Sequence record: MH752840.1
DNA: 64,000 bases
From: Escherichia phage vB_EcoM-Pr121LW
Strand: one strand, 5' to 3'
Shown in pieces: positions 20,683-29,353 of this stretch (position 1 is the first letter of the stretch; each line of letters opens with the position of its first letter). Both the position numbers and the translations under genes were made by a program. The notes beneath the pieces were generated by a model, which worked only from the letters and a program-made list of their open reading frames with translations, did not search any database and had not been told where the DNA came from.

Positions 20683-20807
20683 AGATCTGATGTTAGGGTC
20701 AAGCTTAATTTTAAACTATTTTGGAGAGGTATTTTGTTCAGGAGGGTAATCACATAGGATAGGGCAATTTATGAAGGCACAGGCCTCTTTTGAGGCCTTA
20801 AAATCGA

Positions 20808-21188
20808 TTATGACACTTTGACGTAGCGCTCCGACAGAGCTGGAAAGCCAAAAGCAGTACCTATACTACCGTATGCTACCCACCATTGAAGTTCATCGTG
20901 ACACCATTTTCCGATCAGGAAGGTGCTGGGGTAGCGGGTCAGTATTTTGGCATAAGCTTTAGGGTCTGCATCCTCTGGGATAATGATGCTTGGAACATCT
21001 TTGTTATGACCACAGCAGCAGTTTAGAGTTTTCAGTCCTGCCGCCCATAGACTCATGATAGGCTTAGCCATGCACTTATCAAGGCACACACGTTTTTTGC
21101 CGTCTCGAAGTTTTTTAGGCACATCAACGATAACATTTGGATGCTTGGCACCTTTCACTTTCCAATTATAGGATTTACACTTGCACAT
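20808..21188 (-). CDS. Cys-rich hypothetical protein
   Basis: 126 aa; multiple Cys clusters (CKC, CLDKC, CCCGHN). Confidence 0.5.
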   Translation of the reverse strand: MCKCKSYNWKVKGAKHPNVIVDVPKKLRDGKKRVCLDKCMAKPIMSLWAAGLKTLNCCCGHNKDVPSIIIPEDADPKAYAKILTRYPSTFLIGKWCHDELQWWVAYGSIGTAFGFPALSERYVKVS

Positions 21189-21221
21189 CGTTTAATCAGT
21201 CTCCATCTAGAAAGCAATACT

Positions 21222-21392
21222 TTACTTAAAATCTTTGTCACCTATTACGATTGCACGAATCCACTCATTGTGATGTTCAATGGCGGTAAGGTGTAACATA
21301 ATGTAGTGATTGTCATTACTAAACACGGTGCGGTAAGCTTTAGCAGCACCATGATATAACTTCCACATCAGGTAATGATATCTTCGCCTCAT
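21222..21392 (-). CDS. small hypothetical protein (not in ORF track)
   Basis: 56-codon ORF; ATG 5 nt downstream of HAD gene stop; GGAG SD on minus strand. Confidence 0.25.
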   Translation of the reverse strand: MRRRYHYLMWKLYHGAAKAYRTVFSNDNHYIMLHLTAIEHHNEWIRAIVIGDKDFK

Positions 21393-21397
21393 GGCTC

Positions 21398-21868
21398 TTA
21401 CTCCGGTTCAGGATCTGGGTAATCTTCAATAATAAAGGTCCATCCGTTCCGCTTAGCCTCAGACTTATACTCAATCTCCTTCATTGCGAACTCTAACTGA
21501 TTTTTAGCCGGAATACATGCCGGAGAATCATCAATCCAAATATCCGGGTAGATATCAAACTGCGCCAGATAGGCTGCCTTCTGAACACCGCCAGTATAAA
21601 ACACACCAACATCGAGCTCCTTGCGCCAATACTCAATGTCCACGTTGTCTTGAGTGATGAATCGGGAAGTCACAAGGTATACTGTCCACCCTTCCTTTTT
21701 CAAGTCCCTAATCAGGCGGGAGAAGATGAAAGGACTCGCATTAAATGTTCCATCAAAGTCAATGGCAATGATGTGTGTGCCGTGGCGAGTCTCGTATGGA
21801 TTGCTTGTGGTAAGATTACTGTAGTTAAAAGGAACTTCTTCCCCGCAGTAGCTGTAGTCCATATTCAC
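21398..21868 (-). CDS. HAD-superfamily phosphatase (nucleotidase-like)
   Basis: 156 aa; HAD motif I IIAIDFDGTF, motif II VYLVTSR, motif IV IWIDDSP. Confidence 0.65.
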   Translation of the reverse strand: MNMDYSYCGEEVPFNYSNLTTSNPYETRHGTHIIAIDFDGTFNASPFIFSRLIRDLKKEGWTVYLVTSRFITQDNVDIEYWRKELDVGVFYTGGVQKAAYLAQFDIYPDIWIDDSPACIPAKNQLEFAMKEIEYKSEAKRNGWTFIIEDYPDPEPE

Positions 21869-22140
21869 ACCTTCTCGTTGATAAATTTACGGGCGGTTTG
21901 GTGAGTTGTTTCTGCTGTCTTCAGAATGATATTAATTTTATTGTCAAGATCATTCATCTCTGCAGTTAATTCAGGAATCTCTCCAGCATGCATAGTGAAA
22001 TCATACATAGACATGCCCAGAATCTCATTGATGCGACGGTTGCATTCTGCAGCACGCTGGTTCATTTTCCAAGCTAACACCAAAGCCTCCTGCGTAGCCT
22101 CTAGTGCAAAATCTAATACGTCTGCCTCTTCTTTCGTCAT
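21865..22140 (-). CDS. hypothetical protein
   Basis: 91 aa; overlaps downstream gene start by 4 nt. Confidence 0.45.
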   Translation of the reverse strand: MTKEEADVLDFALEATQEALVLAWKMNQRAAECNRRINEILGMSMYDFTMHAGEIPELTAEMNDLDNKINIILKTAETTHQTARKFINEKV

Positions 22141-22198
22141 CTCAGTCTCTCCTGTTGTATTGTTGGTAGGTGTATGAATACCTTATAACTCACCTTTT

Positions 22199-22765
22199 TT
22201 ATTCAAACTGCAATAGTAAGTCCACCACCGCGCTAGGTCTGTCAACAAATTCCCCAGGTCCACATGCCCACAGAGGGTATCCGTCCACATACCGCCAAAT
22301 CCAACCTGCAGTGTGGAGTTCGAGCAGGGCAGTACCGTCCTTACTGTCAACCACTCTTTCCCACAGTGTTGGGCAGCGAAGCTTGAGAATCGGATCACCT
22401 CCCTTATACCCGTCCATGTAGATACCTATTGCAAAGTTCAGCATCATCTTTTTGTGCACTGATCTCTTACTGAGGGTGCTCATCACTTCCTCTTTGTGAA
22501 TGTTTGTAAGCTTCTCTTTGGCTACCCGCAGATCGTTGCAACCATTGTTCAGCAGATCTTCCAGACACTTGATCCGGAGGTCGTGAATGTCTTTGTCGTG
22601 TACCGTTGGCACAGGGTCGTAGCGGTATAGCACTGTTGATACAAGGTTGCTCGGGTGTGGGTCTGACAGCAACCCATAACCCCAATACTCTTCTGTATCT
22701 GAAAGGACAAGACACCCAATGTCTCTGTCAAGCTTTCCTGTGTTGTAAGCCACATTGACCGCCAT
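22199..22765 (-). CDS. hypothetical protein
   Basis: 188 aa; longest ORF in interval, consistent operon strand. Confidence 0.5.
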   Translation of the reverse strand: MAVNVAYNTGKLDRDIGCLVLSDTEEYWGYGLLSDPHPSNLVSTVLYRYDPVPTVHDKDIHDLRIKCLEDLLNNGCNDLRVAKEKLTNIHKEEVMSTLSKRSVHKKMMLNFAIGIYMDGYKGGDPILKLRCPTLWERVVDSKDGTALLELHTAGWIWRYVDGYPLWACGPGEFVDRPSAVVDLLLQFE

Positions 22766-22767
22766 GA

Positions 22768-23013
22768 CTATAGCTCCACTAGCAAAGTGCTTTCAAAGTG
22801 CCGTTCATGCAGACCGTTGTAAGGGACCACTTCCACAACACCATCACGGACATACGGGGCCATCATCGTGGTATAATCTCCAAACGGGTTGGTATTGTCA
22901 CTAACCACAACCACCTTCTGCCCTTCCTTAGCAGAGTGCCAAATAGATCTACACTTCATCAGGTGTTCGAGAGCTCCAGGTAAAATTTTGTTACGTTCTT
23001 TACGGGTCTTCAT
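22768..23013 (-). CDS. hypothetical protein
   Basis: 81 aa; tight packing with neighbours. Confidence 0.45.
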   Translation of the reverse strand: MKTRKERNKILPGALEHLMKCRSIWHSAKEGQKVVVVSDNTNPFGDYTTMMAPYVRDGVVEVVPYNGLHERHFESTLLVEL

Positions 23014-23459
23014 AACAGATATAGCTCCTTATGAAAGTGGTCTTTTAATTTCTCACTGAGAAACTTCTTGATACCTTCCTCTAAAGTGTTTTCGATGTAG
23101 TCCAGCTTAACTGCTTCGATGGACATATCATAGATTGCCAGCTCTAAGCTGTCAAGTCCCATCATAGCATGAACCATAAGATTTTCATCTTCAGATACAT
23201 TCAGGGGACTTCCTATAACATCTGGAGGCAGAATAGTTTCCCAATTATTCTGGGTGGTAGTTCTCCCGCCATCTACTTTACGGCGCAGTTCGAATGTGTT
23301 CTTAGTGTAGAACACTTCATAAGAAACGATACGACTGTCACTCTCATAATAAACGAAGTTCAGGTAGGAGCCTAGCCGCAGTCGGCAAACTTCTACCCCA
23401 AACCATTGTTTCTTATAAGAATTCAGGCTAATGCTGTCGCATTCACGCTTGCTCAACAC
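23010..23459 (-). CDS. hypothetical protein
   Basis: 149 aa; 4-nt overlap with downstream gene. Confidence 0.5.
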   Translation of the reverse strand: MLSKRECDSISLNSYKKQWFGVEVCRLRLGSYLNFVYYESDSRIVSYEVFYTKNTFELRRKVDGGRTTTQNNWETILPPDVIGSPLNVSEDENLMVHAMMGLDSLELAIYDMSIEAVKLDYIENTLEEGIKKFLSEKLKDHFHKELYLL

Positions 23460-23475
23460 GGCTATCTCCTTTTTG

Positions 23476-23709
23476 TTAATCTTCGTAAATCAGGATTTCT
23501 GCTTTAGGTTTTCGTGCTTTCAAGTCCAGCTCTATCCAGTGCACCATGGCTGTTTCAAGAAAAACAGCTTGGATGCATCCGTCCTCAGCGTGCCCCACCA
23601 ACATAACAAGATCTTCACCTTCATCATCTGCATCACGAACATACAGAATCTCTCCAGATTCAAAGTCTTTCACAACCTGATTGCTGGATAATTTACGAAT
23701 TTTTGCCAT
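23476..23709 (-). CDS. hypothetical acidic protein
   Basis: 77 aa. Confidence 0.45.
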   Translation of the reverse strand: MAKIRKLSSNQVVKDFESGEILYVRDADDEGEDLVMLVGHAEDGCIQAVFLETAMVHWIELDLKARKPKAEILIYED

Positions 23710-23710
23710 A

Positions 23711-23974
23711 TCAGAAACCCTCTAAAAAGCTCTTGTAGAAAATAATTTCAGTGTCCACACCTGTCACGATCTTATCGTTTCGGATCTCATCTGTGAGGTA
23801 GGTATCGAAACGTAGTACTTGTGTGGTATTGTCACACATCCACTCAGCTGTGACCATAGCGAAAATCTTAGCATCTTCATTATCTGGTGTGAATGTTACC
23901 ACCTCGCCGCATTTAAACTTTTCGATAGGTTGTGTGTTAGCTTTCGGTTCTGCAATAGTGATTTTCGTGGTCAT
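23711..23974 (-). CDS. hypothetical protein
   Basis: 87 aa. Confidence 0.45.
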   Translation of the reverse strand: MTTKITIAEPKANTQPIEKFKCGEVVTFTPDNEDAKIFAMVTAEWMCDNTTQVLRFDTYLTDEIRNDKIVTGVDTEIIFYKSFLEGF

Positions 23975-24234
23975 TGCTCTTCCTCCATAGTTTCACCAAA
24001 TACTTCGATACGAGCATCGAGCTCGGTTGCTTTCAGCTCCCCAACAAAATATTTTAGTTCTTTCTCGTCCAGATCGTAAGCCCACACACAAGAAGAACAT
24101 GCCACAATCAGTAGCGTAGATACACGACCTGGCTCTGTGATCATGCTCACAATGGTTCCCACAGGGAACGTGTTGATAGCTTTTTTAACTGGGCGTTCAG
24201 CTTTAATTACTACCTCTGTTGCCATAAATAACAT
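23971..24234 (-). CDS. hypothetical protein
   Basis: 87 aa. Confidence 0.45.
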   Translation of the reverse strand: MLFMATEVVIKAERPVKKAINTFPVGTIVSMITEPGRVSTLLIVACSSCVWAYDLDEKELKYFVGELKATELDARIEVFGETMEEEQ

Positions 24235-24240
24235 CCTCTC

Positions 24241-25722
24241 TTACTTAGCGTACTCGATTAATTCCACAGTTTTACCAAAGCTAGGGATATAATTTTTATT
24301 ATACCCTTCGGTTAGAACCCATAAAGTATCGTACTTTTTCCACTTGTTGTCAACAGCCTTTTGTTCAAAGTTATGCTCAAAGTATAGGTCGGTCAGGACG
24401 ATGACATCTTTTGCATTCGGTATGTTAGCATCCAGATACTCGAACACGCAAGCAGCTGTTGTGCCCCATGTTGAGTGGACCTCATAGTTGATCATCTCGT
24501 CTATGTTGCCGCGAGTGTATACTTTAACCTCTCCAACCTCAGTTGACCAACAGAACATTGTAACCTTAAACTCTTTATACAGATTGCACAATCCTGTGAT
24601 TTCATTGAACATTTTCTTTAAAGTTCTTTGAGAGATCGAGCCAGAAACGTCCAAAGCCACCACAATATCTATAGTGTTTTCCGGATTACGACCAGGAACA
24701 ATAACGTGTTGGTTCTTGTTTATAGCTCCGACTTTTCGCATTGTGCTGGTCAAAGACCCAGATCGGCGACCAGGTTTTCTGTAGGTCAGTTCGGCCTTTC
24801 TTTTAGACAACATACGCTGCTTGATGATGTCTATATAATTGATTACAGGCTTACCTCTATTCTTGACAAACTCACGAACCGCCTCAGGGCAACGACCTCC
24901 GGAAGCTTGCATTGCTGCCTCAAGCATGTCACCAGAGTCCTGCATGGCCTGATCTTTATCAGATTGGCTGATTACAGGTTGTGGCTGATCATACCCCATC
25001 GCCTTTCCAAGATCATCACTAGTGCCACCGTTACCACTCATGTGATCGTCGGTTTGTCGTTTATCTCCTTGAGAGTTCTCGCCTTTACCGCTCTTACTTT
25101 TACCGTTATTCTGATCTCTTTGCTTATCAAGAACTGCATAAACGTTCTCAGCAATCCATCCATGAAACTTCATGTCGCAGTAGCAGCTGGCTAAGAAGCC
25201 AAAAGGCTTACCTTTCACGAACGTAGTGCTTTTCCCCTTCGGGAAGAAAACACAAGGAGGTTTGCTAAAGTCAACCACAAGGCCTGTGTTGATAACGTGA
25301 TCACAAGCAATATTGAACAGTTCCGGCTCAAAGCTTTTACCACGGACCAGGTGATCACAGATAATATGCCCCACCTCATGTGACAGAAGGAAGGCCACCT
25401 CTTTCACAGATTTTGGGGAATAGAAAACTTCAGCCATCTCAAACTGCTCGTCAGTTAGAGAAGCCTTAAGAATAGCCTTGCGTTCATCAGCCAATCCCAT
25501 AATGAACTCAGGACTGTAATAGATGCGTTTATGGTCGGTTGCCATGGTGGAGCACCATGTGTGGTTTTCTACGAACTGCAACCCTGACAGTAGTGTGCCA
25601 TAAAACGGCAGCTTTTCAAGGAGATACATACGTGCAGCCTGCAACATTCTCAGGGCATCATCTTTCTGTGAGGTAATGATTTCTGAACTTCTGCTATCCA
25701 TTAAAACTCCAGAAGGGGCCAT
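24241..25722 (-). CDS. VWA-domain protein with N-terminal HExxH metallopeptidase-like domain
   Basis: 493 aa; HEVGHIICDH zinc-binding motif; MIDAS-type VVALDVSGSIS in C-terminal half. Confidence 0.8.
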   Translation of the reverse strand: MAPSGVLMDSRSSEIITSQKDDALRMLQAARMYLLEKLPFYGTLLSGLQFVENHTWCSTMATDHKRIYYSPEFIMGLADERKAILKASLTDEQFEMAEVFYSPKSVKEVAFLLSHEVGHIICDHLVRGKSFEPELFNIACDHVINTGLVVDFSKPPCVFFPKGKSTTFVKGKPFGFLASCYCDMKFHGWIAENVYAVLDKQRDQNNGKSKSGKGENSQGDKRQTDDHMSGNGGTSDDLGKAMGYDQPQPVISQSDKDQAMQDSGDMLEAAMQASGGRCPEAVREFVKNRGKPVINYIDIIKQRMLSKRKAELTYRKPGRRSGSLTSTMRKVGAINKNQHVIVPGRNPENTIDIVVALDVSGSISQRTLKKMFNEITGLCNLYKEFKVTMFCWSTEVGEVKVYTRGNIDEMINYEVHSTWGTTAACVFEYLDANIPNAKDVIVLTDLYFEHNFEQKAVDNKWKKYDTLWVLTEGYNKNYIPSFGKTVELIEYAK

Positions 25723-25729
25723 TGGCCCC
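25713..25729 (-). promoter_or_regulatory. hairpin AGGGGCC-AAT-GGCCCCT spanning SD and start codon of VWA gene
   Basis: Near-identical to the bidirectional terminator palindrome at 20003-20019; start codon of 24241..25722 lies in the loop/stem. Confidence 0.35.
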
Positions 25730-25734
25730 TGTCA

Positions 25735-26775
25735 TTATTTAACGTGTTTGAAAATACCTGCCAACTCGGTCATTGTCATGCGGGTGGTCTTCATAAGATC
25801 TGTCATAGCTTTCTCCATAATTGGAGATACTACCATAAAGTTTCCTTTAGTGAAACCTTTATTCCAGTCGGTCACCAACAGTGGTTTAAGTCCAGCTCCG
25901 AGACGTTCACCAGTTAAAGCACAGCATTTGCGAATATACGAACTCTTAAATTGGCTGAACGACAGATCAACTTTCATACCTGCATCGTAGAACGTTTGAC
26001 AATAGAAAGTGTAAGCCTTAGCAATCTCAACATCATCAGGCAGTGCAGGAACCTCTTCTGCAATCCCCTCTTCGACCTCCTGAGGCTCTTTTTCCTCTTC
26101 AGAGTTCTGTTCTTCAACTTCTTCTGTCACAGTCTCGTTCACGATGTCTGAAATGTGTTTGTTGGCTGCACGATCAGCCATGAAATTTTTAAAGTCCTGC
26201 ATTGGTGACATATCTTCTTCCTCTTCGTCAAATAGTGCTAGTTTATCTTCTTCTGTCCCGTATTGCAAGATGAAATCTTCAAAAGTATAATCACCTTTCA
26301 ATTTCTCCATACGCTCTTCGCTCAGGTGGAGCATCATCTGCTGGACAATTTTTCGATCAGTTTTGTCTTTAATCAGGATTGCAGTCTTTTTATCTACCAG
26401 ACAGTCTTTCAGAGCATTGCACCTCAACCCTACCACACAACAATTGTCAATTGCGTAAGGACCTTCATCATCTATACGCTCCAAAGATGGGTAGAAAGGA
26501 TTTCCCAGCCCGTTTTCATCTGTGTGCATGTCAAAAGGTATAAGGGTATAGTCGCATACTCCATCTCCTAAAAGTTTTTTACCAAATAGGAGGTATTCTT
26601 CCCATGACAGGTTGAACTCTATATCTCGTTTCCGTGCATTATTCTGTTTGCGTCTATATTTTTTAAGCAGGCGCTCTAACTCTTCTGGTGTATAATATTT
26701 TTCAAGATTCATGCGTTGTCTCTCGTGCTCTGTAAGTGAAGAAATCGTATCAATTGTTTCAATAGATGTCAACAT
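25735..26775 (-). CDS. hypothetical protein with acidic linker
   Basis: ORF track 25735..26778 (TTG); ATG 26775 preferred; acidic EEEEDMSP/EEVEEQNSEEEKE stretch; first gene of minus operon. Confidence 0.55.
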   Translation of the reverse strand: MLTSIETIDTISSLTEHERQRMNLEKYYTPEELERLLKKYRRKQNNARKRDIEFNLSWEEYLLFGKKLLGDGVCDYTLIPFDMHTDENGLGNPFYPSLERIDDEGPYAIDNCCVVGLRCNALKDCLVDKKTAILIKDKTDRKIVQQMMLHLSEERMEKLKGDYTFEDFILQYGTEEDKLALFDEEEEDMSPMQDFKNFMADRAANKHISDIVNETVTEEVEEQNSEEEKEPQEVEEGIAEEVPALPDDVEIAKAYTFYCQTFYDAGMKVDLSFSQFKSSYIRKCCALTGERLGAGLKPLLVTDWNKGFTKGNFMVVSPIMEKAMTDLMKTTRMTMTELAGIFKHVK

Positions 26776-26785
26776 CAAAAACGTG

Positions 26786-26814
26786 TTGACTTTACTCTAA
26801 ATCTCCGATATAGT
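26786..26814 (+). promoter_or_regulatory. sigma70-like promoter TTGACT-17-TATAGT
   Basis: -35 at 26786-26791, -10 at 26809-26814, in the divergent intergenic region 41 nt upstream of ATG 26855. Confidence 0.6.
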
Positions 26815-26854
26815 GCACCCATTCGAAAGAAAACTAACATAGGAGCACTTACTT

Positions 26855-27754
26855 ATGGCAAATCTTAACAGTTTTAGTACGCGGTGGAAACAGGACATAA
26901 CAACCAATCTTTCAGCTGGGGACATCCTTTCTGCAATTTACGAGGCTTTAGATGATAAAGCTACTTCAAAAGCGGTTTGTACCAACCCACTAATTCCTGT
27001 AGTGATGAAGGTTATTGAGCGTAGATTGGTATCTGGGTCTGATAAGTGGACATATTTAGATAATGAAGGACACACCTATTCCAATGGGTATGTCGATATA
27101 AAAGTAGAATACGCGGTATCATACCGCCGGAGCGGTTCTGTAACTTTCAACTTCTCTGGAGGTTTTCGATCTCTGGCTACCTCACCTTTTGTTTCCTCAG
27201 AGGAGAAGTATGAGCTGCCATTTCTTTGGATGATGGCTAACGCGACAGGAAAAACCCCCGTTAGCATCCGAGTAAAATACAACTACAACGGATCTAGTAA
27301 GATCTATGCCGAAAGTGTCTCAGCAAGTTTTTATTTTGTGATGGGGGATGGAATCCTCAAACATATAAAGATGTGCGATATGCATGATGTTATAAATGAA
27401 GTGACTGATAAGAATGTTCTAGTGAAAGACCTCAACAATTTTTATACACCCGGAGACTATTACGTCAGCCGTCCACTGTGCATCTTTAATGCCGCACACC
27501 CTCTAGGTGAGTATTTGATCGCCAATAGCGATATTGCCAATAACCGCTTCGAGGTAGCAAGAGTTCAGAATGAGGTATTGACATCTTGCAAGAGCGGTGA
27601 TACGTTTACCGAAGAAGAGATGGGTGTTTTAGAAATGATGGGATATAAGTGTAGCCTTTGGGTAGATGAGGTGTTTAATGATTGCATCTATGGACAGGAT
27701 ATTTACCCATTAAAGAAGTATACTGATACAAGTTTAATTTATGCGAGGGTTTGA
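26855..27754 (+). CDS. hypothetical protein
   Basis: 299 aa; AGGAG SD; first gene of + strand early operon. Confidence 0.55.
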   Translation: MANLNSFSTRWKQDITTNLSAGDILSAIYEALDDKATSKAVCTNPLIPVVMKVIERRLVSGSDKWTYLDNEGHTYSNGYVDIKVEYAVSYRRSGSVTFNFSGGFRSLATSPFVSSEEKYELPFLWMMANATGKTPVSIRVKYNYNGSSKIYAESVSASFYFVMGDGILKHIKMCDMHDVINEVTDKNVLVKDLNNFYTPGDYYVSRPLCIFNAAHPLGEYLIANSDIANNRFEVARVQNEVLTSCKSGDTFTEEEMGVLEMMGYKCSLWVDEVFNDCIYGQDIYPLKKYTDTSLIYARV

Positions 27755-27756
27755 CT

Positions 27757-28029
27757 ATGATGAAGGCATGTGGTAATGTATATTACGTCGGTGAACATGT
27801 TCAGGCAGACAGTGTGTGGAAATCTATTAAGTCCACCACTGACGATGCCTTTCTGAGTGGACTATGTTTCCCCAATCCGGGAGACATCCTCCCTCATCCT
27901 GGAGATTTTGTTGTCAACAAGATGGACGGTTATACCGTGTGCCTGATGGTTGAAAAAATCTTTTTAGACACTAGACACAATCACCGTCTTGTGTTAAAAT
28001 TTCAAGAATGTAAAATGACAATTGCCTAA
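27757..28029 (+). CDS. hypothetical protein
   Basis: ORF track 27751 (TTG); ATG 27757 with GAGGG SD. Confidence 0.5.
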   Translation: MMKACGNVYYVGEHVQADSVWKSIKSTTDDAFLSGLCFPNPGDILPHPGDFVVNKMDGYTVCLMVEKIFLDTRHNHRLVLKFQECKMTIA

Positions 28030-28042
28030 GGAGACCTTACCG

Positions 28043-28399
28043 ATGTCTAAAGTTACTTATCGTGCAGCTATTTACTGCAATGAACACCCAATCAATAATG
28101 ATGGTCACTGCCTTTTCAAAGAAAATCAGTTGGGATGTATTGTCCTCCCTGATGAAGGGGAAGGTTATCTGATTGCATTAACAGGGTTTGAGCCTGAAGC
28201 TTTGGAAGCCAATCTGGACTACCTGGTAGAAGAGGGTGCTGCAGACCTGGTTGCCAATGGCTTCCCCGTAAGCCTTGACGAAGTGGAGCGCTTCATGGGC
28301 AATTACCGTGTAGTGCGTGAGTTTACTATCGAGGTGGAAACTCCAGAGTGGGGCAGCCATGAAACTAATGCCGAAGAAAAAGAAGAGGGGGTAGAATAA
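28043..28399 (+). CDS. acidic hypothetical protein
   Basis: ORF track 28022; ATG 28043 after AAGGAG; Asp/Glu-rich. Confidence 0.5.
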   Translation: MSKVTYRAAIYCNEHPINNDGHCLFKENQLGCIVLPDEGEGYLIALTGFEPEALEANLDYLVEEGAADLVANGFPVSLDEVERFMGNYRVVREFTIEVETPEWGSHETNAEEKEEGVE

Positions 28400-28656
28400 T
28401 GAAAGTGCAGATCTTGACTAATGCCGAGAAGATGTTTATCGAAGATACACCTTTTGAAGCTGGTGAGCTACAGTTCGTTTATTTTGTTGACTTAGATAAG
28501 GTGTTCCCTGCACTGAATCTGGGTCTGGATGAAGTTCCTCATAAGGTTTTGTGCCAAGTTGTTCGTGCATTAGCGGCAGATGGAGAGTTCCACACCCTTC
28601 AAGATGTCCAGACCTACGGGTATCTTGAACTACAACGAGAAGAAGAGGTGGACTGA
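28399..28656 (+). CDS. acidic hypothetical protein
   Basis: 85 aa; ATG overlaps upstream stop. Confidence 0.5.
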   Translation: MKVQILTNAEKMFIEDTPFEAGELQFVYFVDLDKVFPALNLGLDEVPHKVLCQVVRALAADGEFHTLQDVQTYGYLELQREEEVD

Positions 28657-28658
28657 TA

Positions 28659-29039
28659 ATGGCCCGGTGGAAGACAACAATTGACCTGCATGATCAGTGG
28701 TTAGGACGCATCACTGAAGACGGGAAACTAGTGGAGTGGGACAATAAGCATGTTAGCGAGTTGGCAAGCATTGTGGCTGGCAAGTTACGCTCCAAGTTCC
28801 CTGAACAACTGGATCCTGATAATTCAAAGTTCGATCCTGAGTTGGAGGATGTTGTATACTACTTCGATACCGTGGATGACTACGATGCGTGGTTTGCAGC
28901 ACGGGAGCTTTACCCACAAGGCTCTGCTATGCGCCAGATGGAAGAAGATTATCCTCCGTGCGAGCAATTTAATAGCGCAATGACTTGCCTCTACGATTGG
29001 GCAGATAAGAACCTTGTCTGGATTCGGACTGCATTTTAG
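28659..29039 (+). CDS. acidic hypothetical protein
   Basis: 126 aa. Confidence 0.5.
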   Translation: MARWKTTIDLHDQWLGRITEDGKLVEWDNKHVSELASIVAGKLRSKFPEQLDPDNSKFDPELEDVVYYFDTVDDYDAWFAARELYPQGSAMRQMEEDYPPCEQFNSAMTCLYDWADKNLVWIRTAF

Positions 29040-29083
29040 TGGGCAGGAATGGCGGCAAGGATGCTGCTTAAGGAGTAGTAGAG

Positions 29084-29353
29084 ATGTTATACCAGCAATA
29101 TGAACTTCGTGCAGAAAAAGAGTTAAATTTTGACAAAGATATTCACAGATATTATTATGGGAAAGTTAGAGGGCAAGCAAGAAAGTGTACTCCAACACTC
29201 TTTTATGCCAGCAGACGACTAGCGCCAGAAGAGGCAACAGCAGAAAGGGTTGCGTACAACTGGAGAGTCACGTATGATATTGACAGATCCGATGTGATAT
29301 CTGTTTTGGAAAACTTTGAAAACACTTACACACAAGTAGAGGACTTTTACTAA
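29084..29353 (+). CDS. hypothetical protein
   Basis: 89 aa; GGAG SD. Confidence 0.5.
   Translation: MLYQQYELRAEKELNFDKDIHRYYYGKVRGQARKCTPTLFYASRRLAPEEATAERVAYNWRVTYDIDRSDVISVLENFENTYTQVEDFY

Noticed and set aside
22183-22755. Overlapping minus-strand ORFs 22183..22398, 22467..22715 and 22549..22755
   Set aside because: Out-of-frame overlaps with the longer 22199..22765 ORF on the same strand; only the longest was kept, itself at modest confidence.
24628-25194. 188-aa + strand ORF
   Set aside because: Antisense to the VWA/metallopeptidase gene, which has clear catalytic and MIDAS motifs on the minus strand.
25735-26778. HNH endonuclease assignment for the 347-aa protein
   Set aside because: Segments resemble HNH_3-type patterns (…ERIDDEGPYAIDNCC…N..K) but the catalytic His and zinc-binding Cys pairs are not evident; left as hypothetical.
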